From the NCBI GenBank assembly GCA_001938485.1, contig MQRK01246857.1, positions 1-63,025 of the forward strand: a stretch of 63,025 bases of DNA, given 5' to 3'. Both the position numbers and the translations under genes were made by a program. Under the pieces are notes generated by a model that was not told the DNA's origin, did no database searches, and saw only the letters and a program-made list of their open reading frames with translations. The DNA comes from Girardia tigrina (lineage: Eukaryota). Every line of letters starts with the position of its first letter. Positions within the stretch are counted from its first letter, which is position 1. Positions 40,387 to 52,679 of this stretch are shown here, piece after piece.

Positions 40387-40990
40387 GTATGTATGAAAAA
40401 TAATTTATTTCAAGCTTCTTTAAAAAATAATTATTTGAAAATTTTCGATGTTTCATACGTCATCACCAGCTATTATAATTTGTTACTTAAAATATTTAAT
40501 TATTAGTTTAATTAATGGCAATTGAAATAAATAAAATTTAAAATTTTTAAAAATTCATTTTATTTTATTAGAATATTTTTTGTTATTATTGGCAAAAGTT
40601 TTATTTATTTAATTAAAGATTTTAAGAATCGAATTTCAAGGCCCTATTAAGCCTATTATTAATGTAAATAATTTGGTTTTATTAGAAATTATGATTTGCA
40701 GAACTATTACTCAAATGCAAATCAAAGCTCTTCTCAAAGAAATGCAATACATTAATGATCAAGAACCTTACTCTATTGAATTTGTGAATGCTCAATAATT
40801 TAGATTTATGGTCTCTGCAATATACGAATATGTACACATGTGAAAATCAAATTTTTAAAACCAGATTAGCTTGCAATCTACAAATTGTTTTAGATTTATT
40901 TGAAAGGAATCTTTGAACGATAGGATGTCATTGGACCCACTTTGACAATATATTTTCCAACATTAGTTTTAAATGCTCGATAAAGTAAGG
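40385..40990 (-). mobile_element. Penelope family A relic with degenerate hammerhead (about 40436-40476)
   Basis: Ends ILKIFN*; g-CTGgTGA-T-GACG(tatgaaa)CATC-GAAA; abuts (TA)n at 40343-40384. Confidence 0.7.
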
Positions 40991-40994
40991 TATT

Positions 40995-41290
40995 CAATCT
41001 GGTCGTCCAAGGTCAACCAGTCAAAGAGACGACAGAAAAATTTTACAGGAGGCTAAAAAACCTCTCATGTTACAGCAGTGCAATTTTGCAGTAGGCTGTC
41101 CTAGCACTTGCAAACCGTCAGCAAATGGTTAAGCTTACGGAGGTCTCAGGTCATCAAAACCAGCCAAAAAACCAATGCTATATGCAAAAAAATATTTCAG
41201 ATCGTGTTGCCTTCTGCAAGCATCATGAGCATTGAACTACAAGCAGTGGGACTGCGTGCTTTTTAATGACTTGATCAATGGATGCTTTGT
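40995..41290 (+). mobile_element. Tc1 transposase N-terminal relic
   Basis: SGRPR, GLRSSKPAKKPML, W..VLF.D-like motifs. Confidence 0.55.
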
Positions 41291-41481
41291 AAGAATACAG
41301 CAATAGAATATTACGAGCAGCAGTTCTGTGAATTCTTTTTATGTAATTTATATTAAGATTACCATAGTAGTTACATAAAATTTAATTATATCAAATATCA
41401 TTTTTACAGAATAAAAGCATAGTGTTCTTCTTTTAAATTATATAAATAATATTTCTTAAAAAATAAATCTTGAAATTTTAC

Positions 41482-41582
41482 AGTGATAAATCCATTTGGC
41501 TCAAGAGGAGGGGCCCATTTGACTGTTATTGACGTGGTCGTATCTGCATAGGCAAAGACTAGTTGAGGTGGCGAACTTGGAG
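41482..41582 (-). CDS. Lar: Exon of LAR-like RPTP gene; N-half of second FN3 domain
   Basis: Follows a 104-nt GT-AG intron (41583-41686); 101 nt, phase 1-0. Encodes PPSSPPQLVFAYADTTTSITVKWAPPLEPNGFIT (cf. LAR APSSAP..VQW..P.EPNG.I); donor gtaaaa. Not in the ORF track. Confidence 0.85.
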
Positions 41583-41686
41583 CTAAATAACAGAAAAATA
41601 ATCATGAATAATTTTATTCCAATAAAAGTAAATTATTTCATTTCTTTTTATAACATTTAAAAAATGAAAAATCAAAATATACTTAC

Positions 41687-42010
41687 GAAGTTCTTTTGTT
41701 TGAAAAGATATGGATTTTGTTGGATCAGAAATTCCAAGAGCATTACTTACAGCAAGAACTCTCACAGAATATGTTGTATATGGCTTTAAATCTGTTACAT
41801 TTTTTACAATTGTTTTGTTATTTAAAGGCCATGGATGAATATTTGGTATTTGCTTCAAACCAAGAGCACCTAATTCGCTAGAGGTTTCACTAAACATTAA
41901 GGTATATGAATCTGCAGGAGCCTCTGATTCTGGGTTTTGTTGCCAAGAAATAAGTGCATGAGTTGATCCAACATCCAAACATTCTACTTTTATTGGTATT
42001 TTTGGTATTT
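41687..42010 (-). CDS. Lar: Exon of a LAR-family (type IIa) receptor protein tyrosine phosphatase-like gene; first FN3 domain
   Basis: Acceptor ttttgtaaatttag|, donor |gtaagt; 324 nt, phase 1-1. Encodes IPKIPIKVECLDVGSTHALISWQQ...VTDLKPYTTYSVRVLAVSNALGISDPTKSISFQTKEL with the FN3 W/L-P-Y-Y pattern. Resembles FN3-1 of PTPRD/F/S from memory. Confidence 0.85.
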
Positions 42011-42689
42011 CTAAATTTACAAAAAAGAGAAATAATTTAAAATTAATAATCATATAATTATTTTATATATTTTCACTATAAAAAGTATTCAACTAAAAAA
42101 AATTAAAAAATAAAATTTTAAAATTAAATACACATTCTTATAATAATAAATAAAATCAAAAATATTTTTGTAAAATAATTTATTTTTAAATGTATTTATT
42201 TTTAAGTAATTTTAGTCAAAATTTCTAAAATAAAATTGAATAAATTTCACATTTTAGTATCAACTTTGATAAATTGAATAAATCGGTAATGATTTTCTAG
42301 AAAGTAGGGTTTATTTCTTAGATATAATTGAATTTTTAGTTTATAAGAAAAGAGAAAAAAATCTTTTGTTGATTATGAAATGAAACATTTTTATTTTTTT
42401 ATTATTAAAATATAAAAGAATTTAAGAAGGAAATTTTAAAATATTTATTTATTATTTTTTGATAATACTTTCTTTCTTCAGTTATATGAACCGACAAATA
42501 AATAATATTTCATAAGAATAATTATTAAAAAATAAATCTTTTGTGACAATATTTTACAGTATGAAAAATACATTTTTATTGAAAAGCACATCATATTTTT
42601 TTACTAATAAATAAATTAAGATGAATAGTCTTTTTTAAAATATAGTAAATGATATTTAACAGATAACATATAACGAAAGTTAAAAAGTC

Positions 42690-43060
42690 ACTTGTATCTA
42701 ACTTTAGTGTAGAAGAACGAGGAATTGATAAATAGGTGTATTAGTTGGGATTGTTGGGATCTTATGTAGGAGGTTTCACAATAATTCGGATCTTCTATGA
42801 GAAGATTGATTGTTTATTTAAAAAGAATGATTCTACTATTATAGATTATTTGAGTTGTCAATTTTTAGATAAATTTAAAGCGTTTAGTGCATTTTTCTTA
42901 ATTCTTAGGAAAACTGAAATAGATTTATTTTAATCCAATAATTTACTGGTAAAATGGTATTTAATTATTGCATGTTTCCAGTTATTAGTTTCTATTAATT
43001 ATGTACATGGTGTGGATTGACCTGATGATGAGATTGATTTTCGAAGCGCATTTTTTTCTT
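42690..43060 (+). mobile_element. Penelope-like family C relic with degenerate hammerhead (43016-43055)
   Basis: VY*LG..GSYVG GIY-YIG-like motif; ttgac-CTGATGA-T-GAGA..TTTC-GAAg-CGCA; homologous to 46490-46670 and 49095-49155. Confidence 0.6.
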
Positions 43061-43494
43061 TTTATCCATTGTAAATAGATTTTACTTTTCGATGCTTATT
43101 ATGTGAGGATAAAATTAATTATTTTATGAACAATTTGAAAGATCGAAAAAATTCAAAAACAAATGTATTTCGTCGGTGTGATCATGGTTTATAGCATGTT
43201 GTGCTTGGTATGTTGTTTTAAGGAATGTTTCTTCGAATCCAGATGGAAGATCGATATTTTAAATGTTTTGAACAGTCGGATTATTCGACCAATTTAAAAA
43301 TGTGTATAACCACTTTAAAATTAAAATTAATGTATTTTAATCCATTATACTTATATATATTGTATATATTATATATAAGTATATATATTGCAATATTTCA
43401 TCTAATATTTCATCTGCGTGATGTTCATATTATTTACTTACAACTGTAAGTAAATAATTAAATTAATTTAAATTCTTTTGGCAAAAATTGTTTT

Positions 43495-43620
43495 ACGGGT
43501 TAGGGTTAGGTTTAGGGTTAGGTTAGGGTTAGGGTTTAAGTTAAAGGTTAGGGTTTAGGGTTACGGTTAGGGTTACTGTTAGAGTGTAGGTTAATGGTTA
43601 TTTTTATGGTTAGGGTAAGT
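43495..43620 (+). repeat. Degenerate interstitial (TTAGGG)n-like repeat
   Basis: gggttagggttaggtttagggttaggttagggttaggg... Confidence 0.85.
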
Positions 43621-44846
43621 GTCGTAACCTCATATATTTTTATATACGAAAATATGTATATAATTATCTATCACGAAAAGAATTGTGTGGTGTGATATTT
43701 ATTTAAAAGAAAAGAATTATGTTGTTATTTTAATCCTTGGGTGAAATGTTTTTCATTTTTAATTTAGTTTTATTTTTTGATTATAAAGAAAAATAAAATT
43801 GGGAATTTTGCAGATCATTTTCTATTCTGTGATCATTTTCTATTTATAACAATAAACAAATTACTATTCTATTTATTAACAAGATATCTTCCCCAATTTT
43901 ATCTCATCTCCATTATTTTGAATTGATTCGATATCTTCATTTAACGTTCATTAAATAGCTGATCTCTTTCTTCATCATCAGAAATTCAAGTAACTATTTA
44001 TTTATCGTTTATCTCTCTCAATCATCTTTCGTGTTTGCTGTGATCCTAATATATATTATCTTCTTTTTATACCTTCCATTATTTGTTGTATTAATTAAAA
44101 TATAAATATGGATTTTATTTTCTTTCATTTTTTCTTTGTTATTTAATTAAAAACAAAATTAGACAGAGTTTTGTGGTTATGTTATTTTTGAAAGTTCAAA
44201 TGTAAAAAATTTAAAGACTTCCTAGTTTCAGATGACTAAACAAGACAAAAAGGAAAAGAAAGAATGTAGTAAAAATGTCTACATGGGCGTGAAAACTCGC
44301 AAAAGAATTTTACCTCCCATCGTCAATAAATCCACGCAAATTATAATATGATATTACCATCGTTTTATGACTTTAAAAAAAAATCAGATAACCGATAATA
44401 ATTATTAAAACTAAAAACTGAGGATAGTTAATATTAAATGTTAACCGAGCTCATAATATAATCACAAAATTACCCTGTGACGGTCAACTCAATTTCAAAC
44501 TTTGTCGGAAATCGGATTAAGTGAAGTTATTGTGTTTTACTTTAATAGACTGTTATCTGTTATTTATTTTTATTGTAACAACTATAGTCTACATATACTC
44601 TTTTGTCTTGGCTAATTATTTCGTTGTTTTGGGCATCTATAACTATCATTTTACAAAGTAAACCCTGAAACTAGGTTAACCATACGTAACTCTTGGGTAA
44701 TCCCGCCTCAGATTATTTTAGTGTAGGGTTTAAGTTTCTGGCCGATACTAATTGAATAAAGAACACATTTCAATAGTCTATCAGTCTTAGAATAAGCTAG
44801 GTTAAGAGTATCCATTACTAGAACCATAGGAATAATATATACTTTT

Positions 44847-44920
<74 letters not shown>

Positions 44921-44970
44921 NNNNNNNNNNNNNNNNNNNNNNNNNNNNNNNNNNNNNNNNNNNNNNNNNN

Positions 44971-45005
<35 letters not shown>

Positions 45006-45009
<4 letters not shown>

Positions 45010-46320
45010 ATGCCGAATTTGTGTAATTGCCAAATTCATGAAATCAGCAACAGTTTGCTATTGGGTTGCCCAAAAAGTCATTGCGTTTTTGAGTACGTCC
45101 TAATAAAAAGCTTGAAAATATAAAACGATGTGATAAAATTTAAATTCAATTATATATTCTGAAACCTTAATTTTCAGACTATGCTTATACAAAATATTAA
45201 TTGATTTTATTTTAATTTATTACTTTACCGTCAATTCGAAATGGAAAATCAAAATGAGCATATTCGTCATGTTTTACTGCATTATTTTCGTAAAGGGAAA
45301 ACCGCTGTGCAAGCTCATAAGAAGATATGTTTTGTATATGGTAGTGACTCCTTAAAACTTCGACAGTGTCAATACTGGTTTTCTAAATTTCGTTCTGAAA
45401 AATTTCATATCCGCAGTGGTCAGCTGGATAAATTGGCTCATTCAATTCAACAGGAACGTCCTGAATTGGCAAATCGAAAAGGAGTAGTAATTCAGCATGA
45501 TAACACAAGACCGCATACAAGTTTGAGCACTCGCCAGAAACTCTTATCACTGGGTTGGGAGGTTTTGCCGCACCCACCGTATTCTTCATACTTTGCCCCA
45601 TCGGATTTTCACTTATTTAGATCACTGCAGAATTCCTTAAACAGAAAAACATTCGCCAGTGATGATGACATCAAATTTTCCCTAGACGGCTTTTTTACTG
45701 ACAAAGGCAAAAGTTTTTATGAATCAGGAATAATGAAGCTACCAGAAAGTGGAAGAAAGTGATTGAAAATAATGGACAGTATATCGTGTAAAAATATTTG
45801 TGCATCCATGTCATTTTTTGATAATAAATATTTTAGTAAAAAACGCAATGACTTTTTGGCCAACCCAATAAATAGAGTATTTGCCGAATTTAAGAACTAG
45901 TCAATTTTTACCGAATTCACTAACTATATGAAAAATTTTCATTTTAAAATGAAAATTTCTCAATTTAAAATGAAAGATTATGTACTTCTTATGAAAAAAT
46001 ATCAATTTAATTCTAAAAATATCAATTTAATATGAAAAAATCTTAATTTATTATGCAAAATAGGCTCTAAATGTTAAATTGTATTTAAAATTAATTTAAC
46101 GATTTCCTTCGTGGCAAGCTGAATTTTTTTCAAATTAAATTGATATTTTTCATATTAAATCGATAATTTTTCATATAAAATACATATTTTTTCAAATTAT
46201 ATATTAATATCGATTTCATAATTGAATTAAAAATTTTTTTAAAAAAATTGCCGAGTTCTTGAATTCGGCAAAAAGTTTTTCAATTCGTAAATTTTTCAAT
46301 TACACAAATTCGGCATCACA
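45006..46320. mobile_element. Foldback MITE in a (TA)n tract, interrupted by a mariner
   Basis: TIR tgttatgccgaatttgtgtaattg / caattacacaaattcggcatcaca; internal inverted tttgccgaatt repeats. Confidence 0.85.
45061..45868 (+). mobile_element. 808-bp internally deleted mariner (mellifera-like)
   Basis: TA TSDs; TIR ttgggttgcccaaaaagtcattgcgttttt; ORF 45241-45762 joins the HTH region to the HDN..H / APSDFHLF region. Confidence 0.95.
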
Positions 46321-46325
46321 CACAC

Positions 46326-46376
<51 letters not shown>

Positions 46377-46611
46377 AACATAAATTTCTCATTCTTTATA
46401 TATATTTGTACAACAAGGTTCATTAAATCATAAAATTTAGTCAGCCTTGTTATTACAATAGTTACCAATAGCTGGTTGGCGAAAATTTCATTGATAGCGT
46501 TTAGTGTATTTTTGCTTAATTTTGAAGAAAATTTGAAATAAACTCATTTTAATCAAATATATTTTAATTATTGTATAGCCCCGTATAATGTATTAGTTTA
46601 ATACATGTTAG

Positions 46612-46665
46612 GGATTGACCTGATGACGAAATTGTTATCTCGAAATTTGTAGTCTTCTGTTTAGT
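46612..46665 (+). ncRNA. Type I hammerhead motif, core intact, stems partly decayed (family C)
   Basis: gac-CTGATGA-C-GAAAT(tgtt)ATCTC-GAAA-TTTG-TA|gtc; 3-bp stem I, one stem II mismatch, GUA site. Confidence 0.6.
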
Positions 46666-47554
46666 CATTGTACGTATTTGTGAATGTATATATATGGTTT
46701 TTTTGTATGGTTTCATTTTTTCAAAACTATCGCATGAGTTTTCGTTTAGACCTATTATATGGTTTATGAGGAATATGAAAGTTAAAAAATCTAACAAAAT
46801 CTATTTTGTTGAAATTCTCATAAACTAATATTTCCCTAAATTATCAAAATAATCTAAATGCAAACGTTTAATAATAGTTGAAAAATATGTTATAAAAATA
46901 TAACTATAATAATTCAAGCATTTAAATGTTAAACTTTTCAGACAACAGTATTGTTTTTCAGAAGAATTATTAAAAATATCGTTTTAAAATTTAATTAGTA
47001 AACGGTCGTTTTGAAAATAAAAAATGATTTATTTTAGGCTCTACATAAGCTCTTTTGAATTCTTAATGTCTCATATTTAAAAATTATCATTAAGATAAAT
47101 ATATTGTTTTTGGATTTAAATGTAAATAGTTAATTACTAATTTTTTAAAATATTTTTTAAATTTTAATGATAAAATATAAAGTGGTCTGACTAATTGCAC
47201 GATTTAAAACCTTTTTCCTTACTAGGAACTCATCTATTTTATAAAGTTTTAAAGATTCTTTCGTTAAAGATAAAAGTTTTAGATGGGTTTTTAAATCTTT
47301 ATTTGGATAACTAAAGTAACTCCCTAAGTTTCAAAAACTATGTAAATGTCAAATATACCTTGAAAAAATGAAGAAATATGTGTTAATAACATCATTGTAA
47401 ACTTTAATCATTATTTTAGGAAGACCTCGCACGTATTTTAACTGATTTATCGTATTTTCATCTGTTCATTTTTCTTTTCAGTGAATTTTCTTTTGCAATC
47501 CGATCTTTCTGGCTTTTGAAACTTAAATTACGTTTGTCTTAATTTTCATATATA

Positions 47555-48811
47555 CAGTGTGCTTCATATTGTTAGAAACTCTAGCATCAGAACATATTAT
47601 TTATCCAAAAATTATATATTTATATATTTATGACATGCACCGTCAAAAAAAATTAAAAATATCAATCACCCCACTCAGTTTCAAAACACTTTTAGTGTTA
47701 CCGCCCTTAGGTCCAAGGACTGTCTTAATCCGATCAGATATGATGACAGCAGGTTTCAGCAACAGAGCGGTGCTTTGTGTAAAAATAATATTTACAATTT
47801 GTTTCTGCATTGTATTTATTGGAAGATGGTCATCAAGCTTCTGTTTGACAATAGCCTAAAGAGTTTCGGTTGGGTTTAAATCTTGTTTGTTTCTGGTTTA
47901 GTCCAAAAGAGCCTCTCCATGCTAACGAAGAAACTGAATGCATCATTTTGCTGAATGTAAGGGAGCTCTGTGTTGTTTAAATGTTTCACCGCCATTTGTG
48001 AACCATTCATTTACTTTAGGTATCCAAATATTTCTCCTAGTTTATGATCCCTACATAAATTTGAAGTACCCATCGAACTCATTATTCCCCATATCCTTAC
48101 CATTTGAGGACATTTCACTCTCTGAATAAGTTTTTAAGGTGAAGCAGGAGTTACCAAAACTTTCTTAGCACGTCAACCACCAAATTCAAAGCAGGATTCG
48201 TAACTGAATGTCACTTTGTTCAAATCAGTAACTGATCACTTTAGGAATCTCTTGGCCATGTCCAACTTCTTCTTCTCAAGGCTAATGTCAATAGGGGCAC
48301 GGAAAGAGGTTTTACTGATTTGCAACCTGCCCTTTTAACTCTTCTTCAAACTGCTGTCTTGCTAACATTGTTTACGTAAGCTTGAAGCTGTTGATGATGG
48401 GCTCCGTTTGACTTCAAGAGTTAAGCTTCTAACATTTGTGGTATTTGTTTTGCGCTTACTGCCTCATTTTAAAATTCTCGGTGATACCATACCATCCCCA
48501 TTTTGTAGTTTTCCTATTCTGGTGACACTAGCAATTGAAACATCACATTTAGCAGCAATTTGTCTCACTGAATATGTTTATTCAACGACAAGAGGTTTGA
48601 TAAGAGGAATTTTAGTTGGCTGTAAATCAAAATTATTGCCCATGTCTAAGGTAAACCAAATGTTGATTTAATAATGAAAAAACTGAATTATTCAAATAAT
48701 TCAAATAAATTATTCAAGAATAGCTAAATATAACATTAATTTGCATTTTATGAATTAATATTCAAGTACAACTATATTGGGTTACTGTTTCTAATAATAT
48801 GAAACACATTG
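47555..48811 (-). mobile_element. Degenerate Tc1 element
   Basis: TA TSDs; TIR cagtgtgcttcatattgttagaaac / gtttctaataatatgaaacacattg; DLNPTETL motif; ATG at 48643. Confidence 0.85.
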
Positions 48812-49214
48812 TATATACTCGATTTCGATGATTCCGATGTGTTAATATCGAATAATTTTGAAAGTTTTAAAGGACATCAGTGACACGGAAATTTTATATC
48901 ATGGGAAAAAGAGTTGTTCTTTGGACCAGCAAAGTCAAAGCTGCCAAGTGGTTTTTGCCGATGACAATATTACAAGAAAAAATCTTAATGCAACAATCAT
49001 ATTATCTTCAGTTATTGTAAAAGATAAGATCGTATATCCGAGTCACAAGAAACGAAAATAATTTATAGAGATAACAATCTGAATTTGTGCTAGTTTAGTA
49101 CATGGTGTAAATTGACCTGATGATGAGATTGTTTTTTCAAAACGCATCGTTATTTTAACTTTAGATTATAAATTAAAAAGATTATAAATTATAAAAGATT
49201 ATAGATTATAAATT

Positions 49215-51352
49215 AAAAAGTCATTGCGTTTTTTACTAAAATATTTATTATCAAAAAATGAAATGGATGCACAAATATTTTTACACGATATACTGTCCAT
49301 TATTTTTAATCACTTTCTTCCACTTTTCTGGTAGCTTCATTATTCCTGATTCATAAAAACTTTTGCCTTTGTCAGCAAAAAAGCCGTCTAGGGACAATTT
49401 GATGTCATCATCACTGGCGAATATTTTTCTGTTTAAGGAATTCTGCAGTGATCTAAATAAGTGAAAATCCGATGGGGCAAAGTATGGAGAATACGGTGGG
49501 TGCGGCAAAACCTCCCAACCCAGTGATAAGAGTTTCTGGCGAGTGCTCAAACTTGTATGCGGTCTTGTGTTATCATGCTGAATTACAACTCCTTTTCGAT
49601 TTACCAATTCAGGACGTTCCTGTTGAATTGAATGAGCCAATTTATCCAGCTGACCACTGCGGATATGAAATTTTTCAGAACGAAATTTAGAAAACCAGTA
49701 TTGACACTGTCGAAGTTTTAAGGAGTCACTAACATATACAAAACATATCTTCTTATGAGCTTGCACAGCGGTTTTCCCTTTGCGAAAATAATGCAACAAA
49801 ATTTGACGAATATGCTCATTTTGATTTTCCATTTCTAATTGACGGTAAAGTAATAAATTAAAATTAAATCAATTAATATTTTGTATAAGCATAGTCTGAA
49901 AATTAAAGTTTCAGAATATATTAGGTTGGTCGAAAAATAATGGCGGTTTTTGAGCTTTATACTTTGTTTATCTACTTTGATATGTATATAAGTTTAAATG
50001 CATTATTGTTAGATATTATTTGAAATCTTATGCCNNNNNNNNNNNNNNNNNNNNNNNNNNNNNNNNNNNNNNNNNNNNNNNNNNNNNNNNNNNNNNNNNN
50101 NNNNNNNNNNNNNNNNNNNNNNNNNNNNNNNNNNNNNNNNNNNNNNNNNNNNNNNNNNNNNNNNNNNNNNNNNNNNNNNNNNNNNTCGCAATATCAATAA
50201 AGCGTTTGGCAAGGGAACAGCTTCTGAGCGCACAGTGCAACGATGGTTCCGAAAATTTTCCGATGGAGATGAAAACCTTGAAGATGAAGAAGGTCGTGGT
50301 CGTCAGGTTGCTGTGAACAATGACAATTTGAGGACAATGGTGGAAACAGATCTCCGTAAAACAATCAGAGAACTTGCAGATGGGTTGGGCATTAGTCATT
50401 CAACAGTCCTGGATCATTTAAAACAACTTGGAAAAATCAANNNNNNNNNNNNNNNNNNNNNNNNNNNNNNNNNNNNNNNNNNNNNNNNNNAATGGGTTCC
50501 ACATGATTTGAATGAAAATCAAAAGAACCGACGCTATGAAATTTGTTCTGCCAATCATCTTCGCAATAAAAACGATCCATTTCTTGATCGTATTGTTACC
50601 TGTGATGATGATGATGATGAAATGGATCCTGAATGATAACCGACGTCGATCTGCACAGTGGTTGGACAAAGATGAAGTACCGAAACACTTTCTAAAACCG
50701 AAACTAACACCCGTAAGGTTATGGTGACAGTTTGGTGGTGTGATGCTGGAATCATTCACACTAGCTTCTTGAATCCAGGTGAAACAATCACAGCGGAGAG
50801 GTACTGTCATGAAATTGATGAAATGCATAAAAAATGAAAACCCTTTATCCGGGATTGGTCAATCGAAAAAGTCCCATCCTTCTTCATGATAACGCTAGAC
50901 CTCATATTTCAAAAGTGACTCTTCAAAAGCTTAATGAATTGGGCTATGAAACCCTGCTTCAACCACCATATTCACCAGACATCTCGCCAATGGACTTCTA
51001 CTTTTTCAGGCATTTGTACAACTTCCTACGTGAAAAATTTTTCAAAAACCAAAATGATGCTCAAAATGCCTTCAAAGAATTCGTCGCTTCGAGAACCGAT
51101 GCATTTTATGCTGATGGAATAAAACAACTTGTGTCTCGTTGACTAAAATGTATTGATGCCAACTGTTCATACTTTGATTAATAAACTTTTGTTTCTGTGA
51201 ATTTGCACGTCTTTGAAGTTTGTGTCCCAAAACCGCCATTATTTTTCGACCAACCTAATATAATTGAATTTAAATTTGATCACATCGTTTTATATTTTCA
51301 AGCTTTTTATTAGGACGTACTCAAAAACGCAATGACTATTTGGCCAACTCAA
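49215..51352 (-). mobile_element. Second copy of the 808-bp deleted mariner, inverted, carrying a nested mariner
   Basis: Nearly identical to 45061-45868; ORF 49281-49832 (183 aa); the TIR at the low-coordinate end is clipped. Confidence 0.93.
49921..51258 (+). mobile_element. Near full-length cecropia/Hsmar1-like mariner, disrupted
   Basis: TA TSD confirmed against the empty site in the 45061 copy; TIR ttaggttggtcgaaaaataatggcggtttt; WVPHDL, RIVTCD, HDNARPH, YSPDISPMD. Confidence 0.95.
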
Positions 51353-51745
51353 TATTATATTCAAATTTATTAATTTACTAATATTTTAGGATTTTTGTTT
51401 AATAAATATTTTTGTTGCTATTGACTTGTTTAACTTTTAATCAGGGAGATTTATACATGAAATTTATTTTTAATTCGATGGAATCGGATTAAAATTTTTT
51501 ATTTGACATTAAAATTTCTATAATCTGTTAATAATTTGAGTCATGTAAGTCCTGTAGTTTTTAAATTATGTTGCGGAACTTCTTATATTATAATCCTTTC
51601 ACTAATCCTAAAAAAAGTATAATCTCAAATTCAGGGTCGGAAAACGATCCTGATTCACTTCTTTTAGAAATTTTTGGTTTATAAGCCTCACATTAATAAA
51701 TACTATTTTTTATTTTGTTATCTGTATCTCATATTTTATGTAGGA

Positions 51746-51827
<82 letters not shown>

Positions 51828-51877
51828 NNNNNNNNNNNNNNNNNNNNNNNNNNNNNNNNNNNNNNNNNNNNNNNNNN

Positions 51878-51924
<47 letters not shown>

Positions 51925-52679
51925 TATATATATATATATATAAGTATCATTTGTGCCCCTTAGAATTTCAGGAGCCCCCTCATGAAACTGAGTTTAGCTA
52001 CGGACCTCATTATGTGTAAATGATTTAATCCCTTCATTTATATTTTAGATAATTAATTTCTTTTTAAATATTGATATTTATTATTTATCGCTTATATTGA
52101 TTTTATCATTACTATTGTATAACAAGAAGTCATTAATAATTAAATGGTGCACATTAATAATGCTACTGTTATCTGGTATCTCCAAATGAAAGTTTGGATA
52201 TAAATAACTCTAAAATAACTTTTGTGAATCGTTTGTTGACTAAAATAATATCGTATAAACATGTTTTTTATGTTGATTAAGAGATAACTGTTATATTTGT
52301 CATATTAACTCTTCAAAACTCTTTCCTGATTTGATTTCAAATATCTTTTTTATCCTTTTCAATCAAAGTACAAATGATGGAAAAAGTATTACAGAATCAA
52401 AACTGCATTTTGTACTTTTAATAATATGATTAATATTTTGAATCTTATTTGGTAAGGAAGCAATTATTAACAAAATAAACAAAAAGATTGAAATGTTAAA
52501 CAGAAATATTATTAAAAAATAATATTTTTGTTAAAATCTCGATTCTAGGTTTTTTCTGTTGTAATTTATTATAATCTTTTATTAATAACGATAAATTTTT
52601 GAACGAACAAAATAAGGATATCTTTACAACAATATTTGTACTTATAAATATACAACTTGAAGAAAAATTTTTTTCATCA

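Noticed and set aside
51674-51950. IY/CV/HT-repeat ORFs (also 380-577, 44845-45039, 54882-55088)
   Set aside because: Translations of microsatellites and N gaps.
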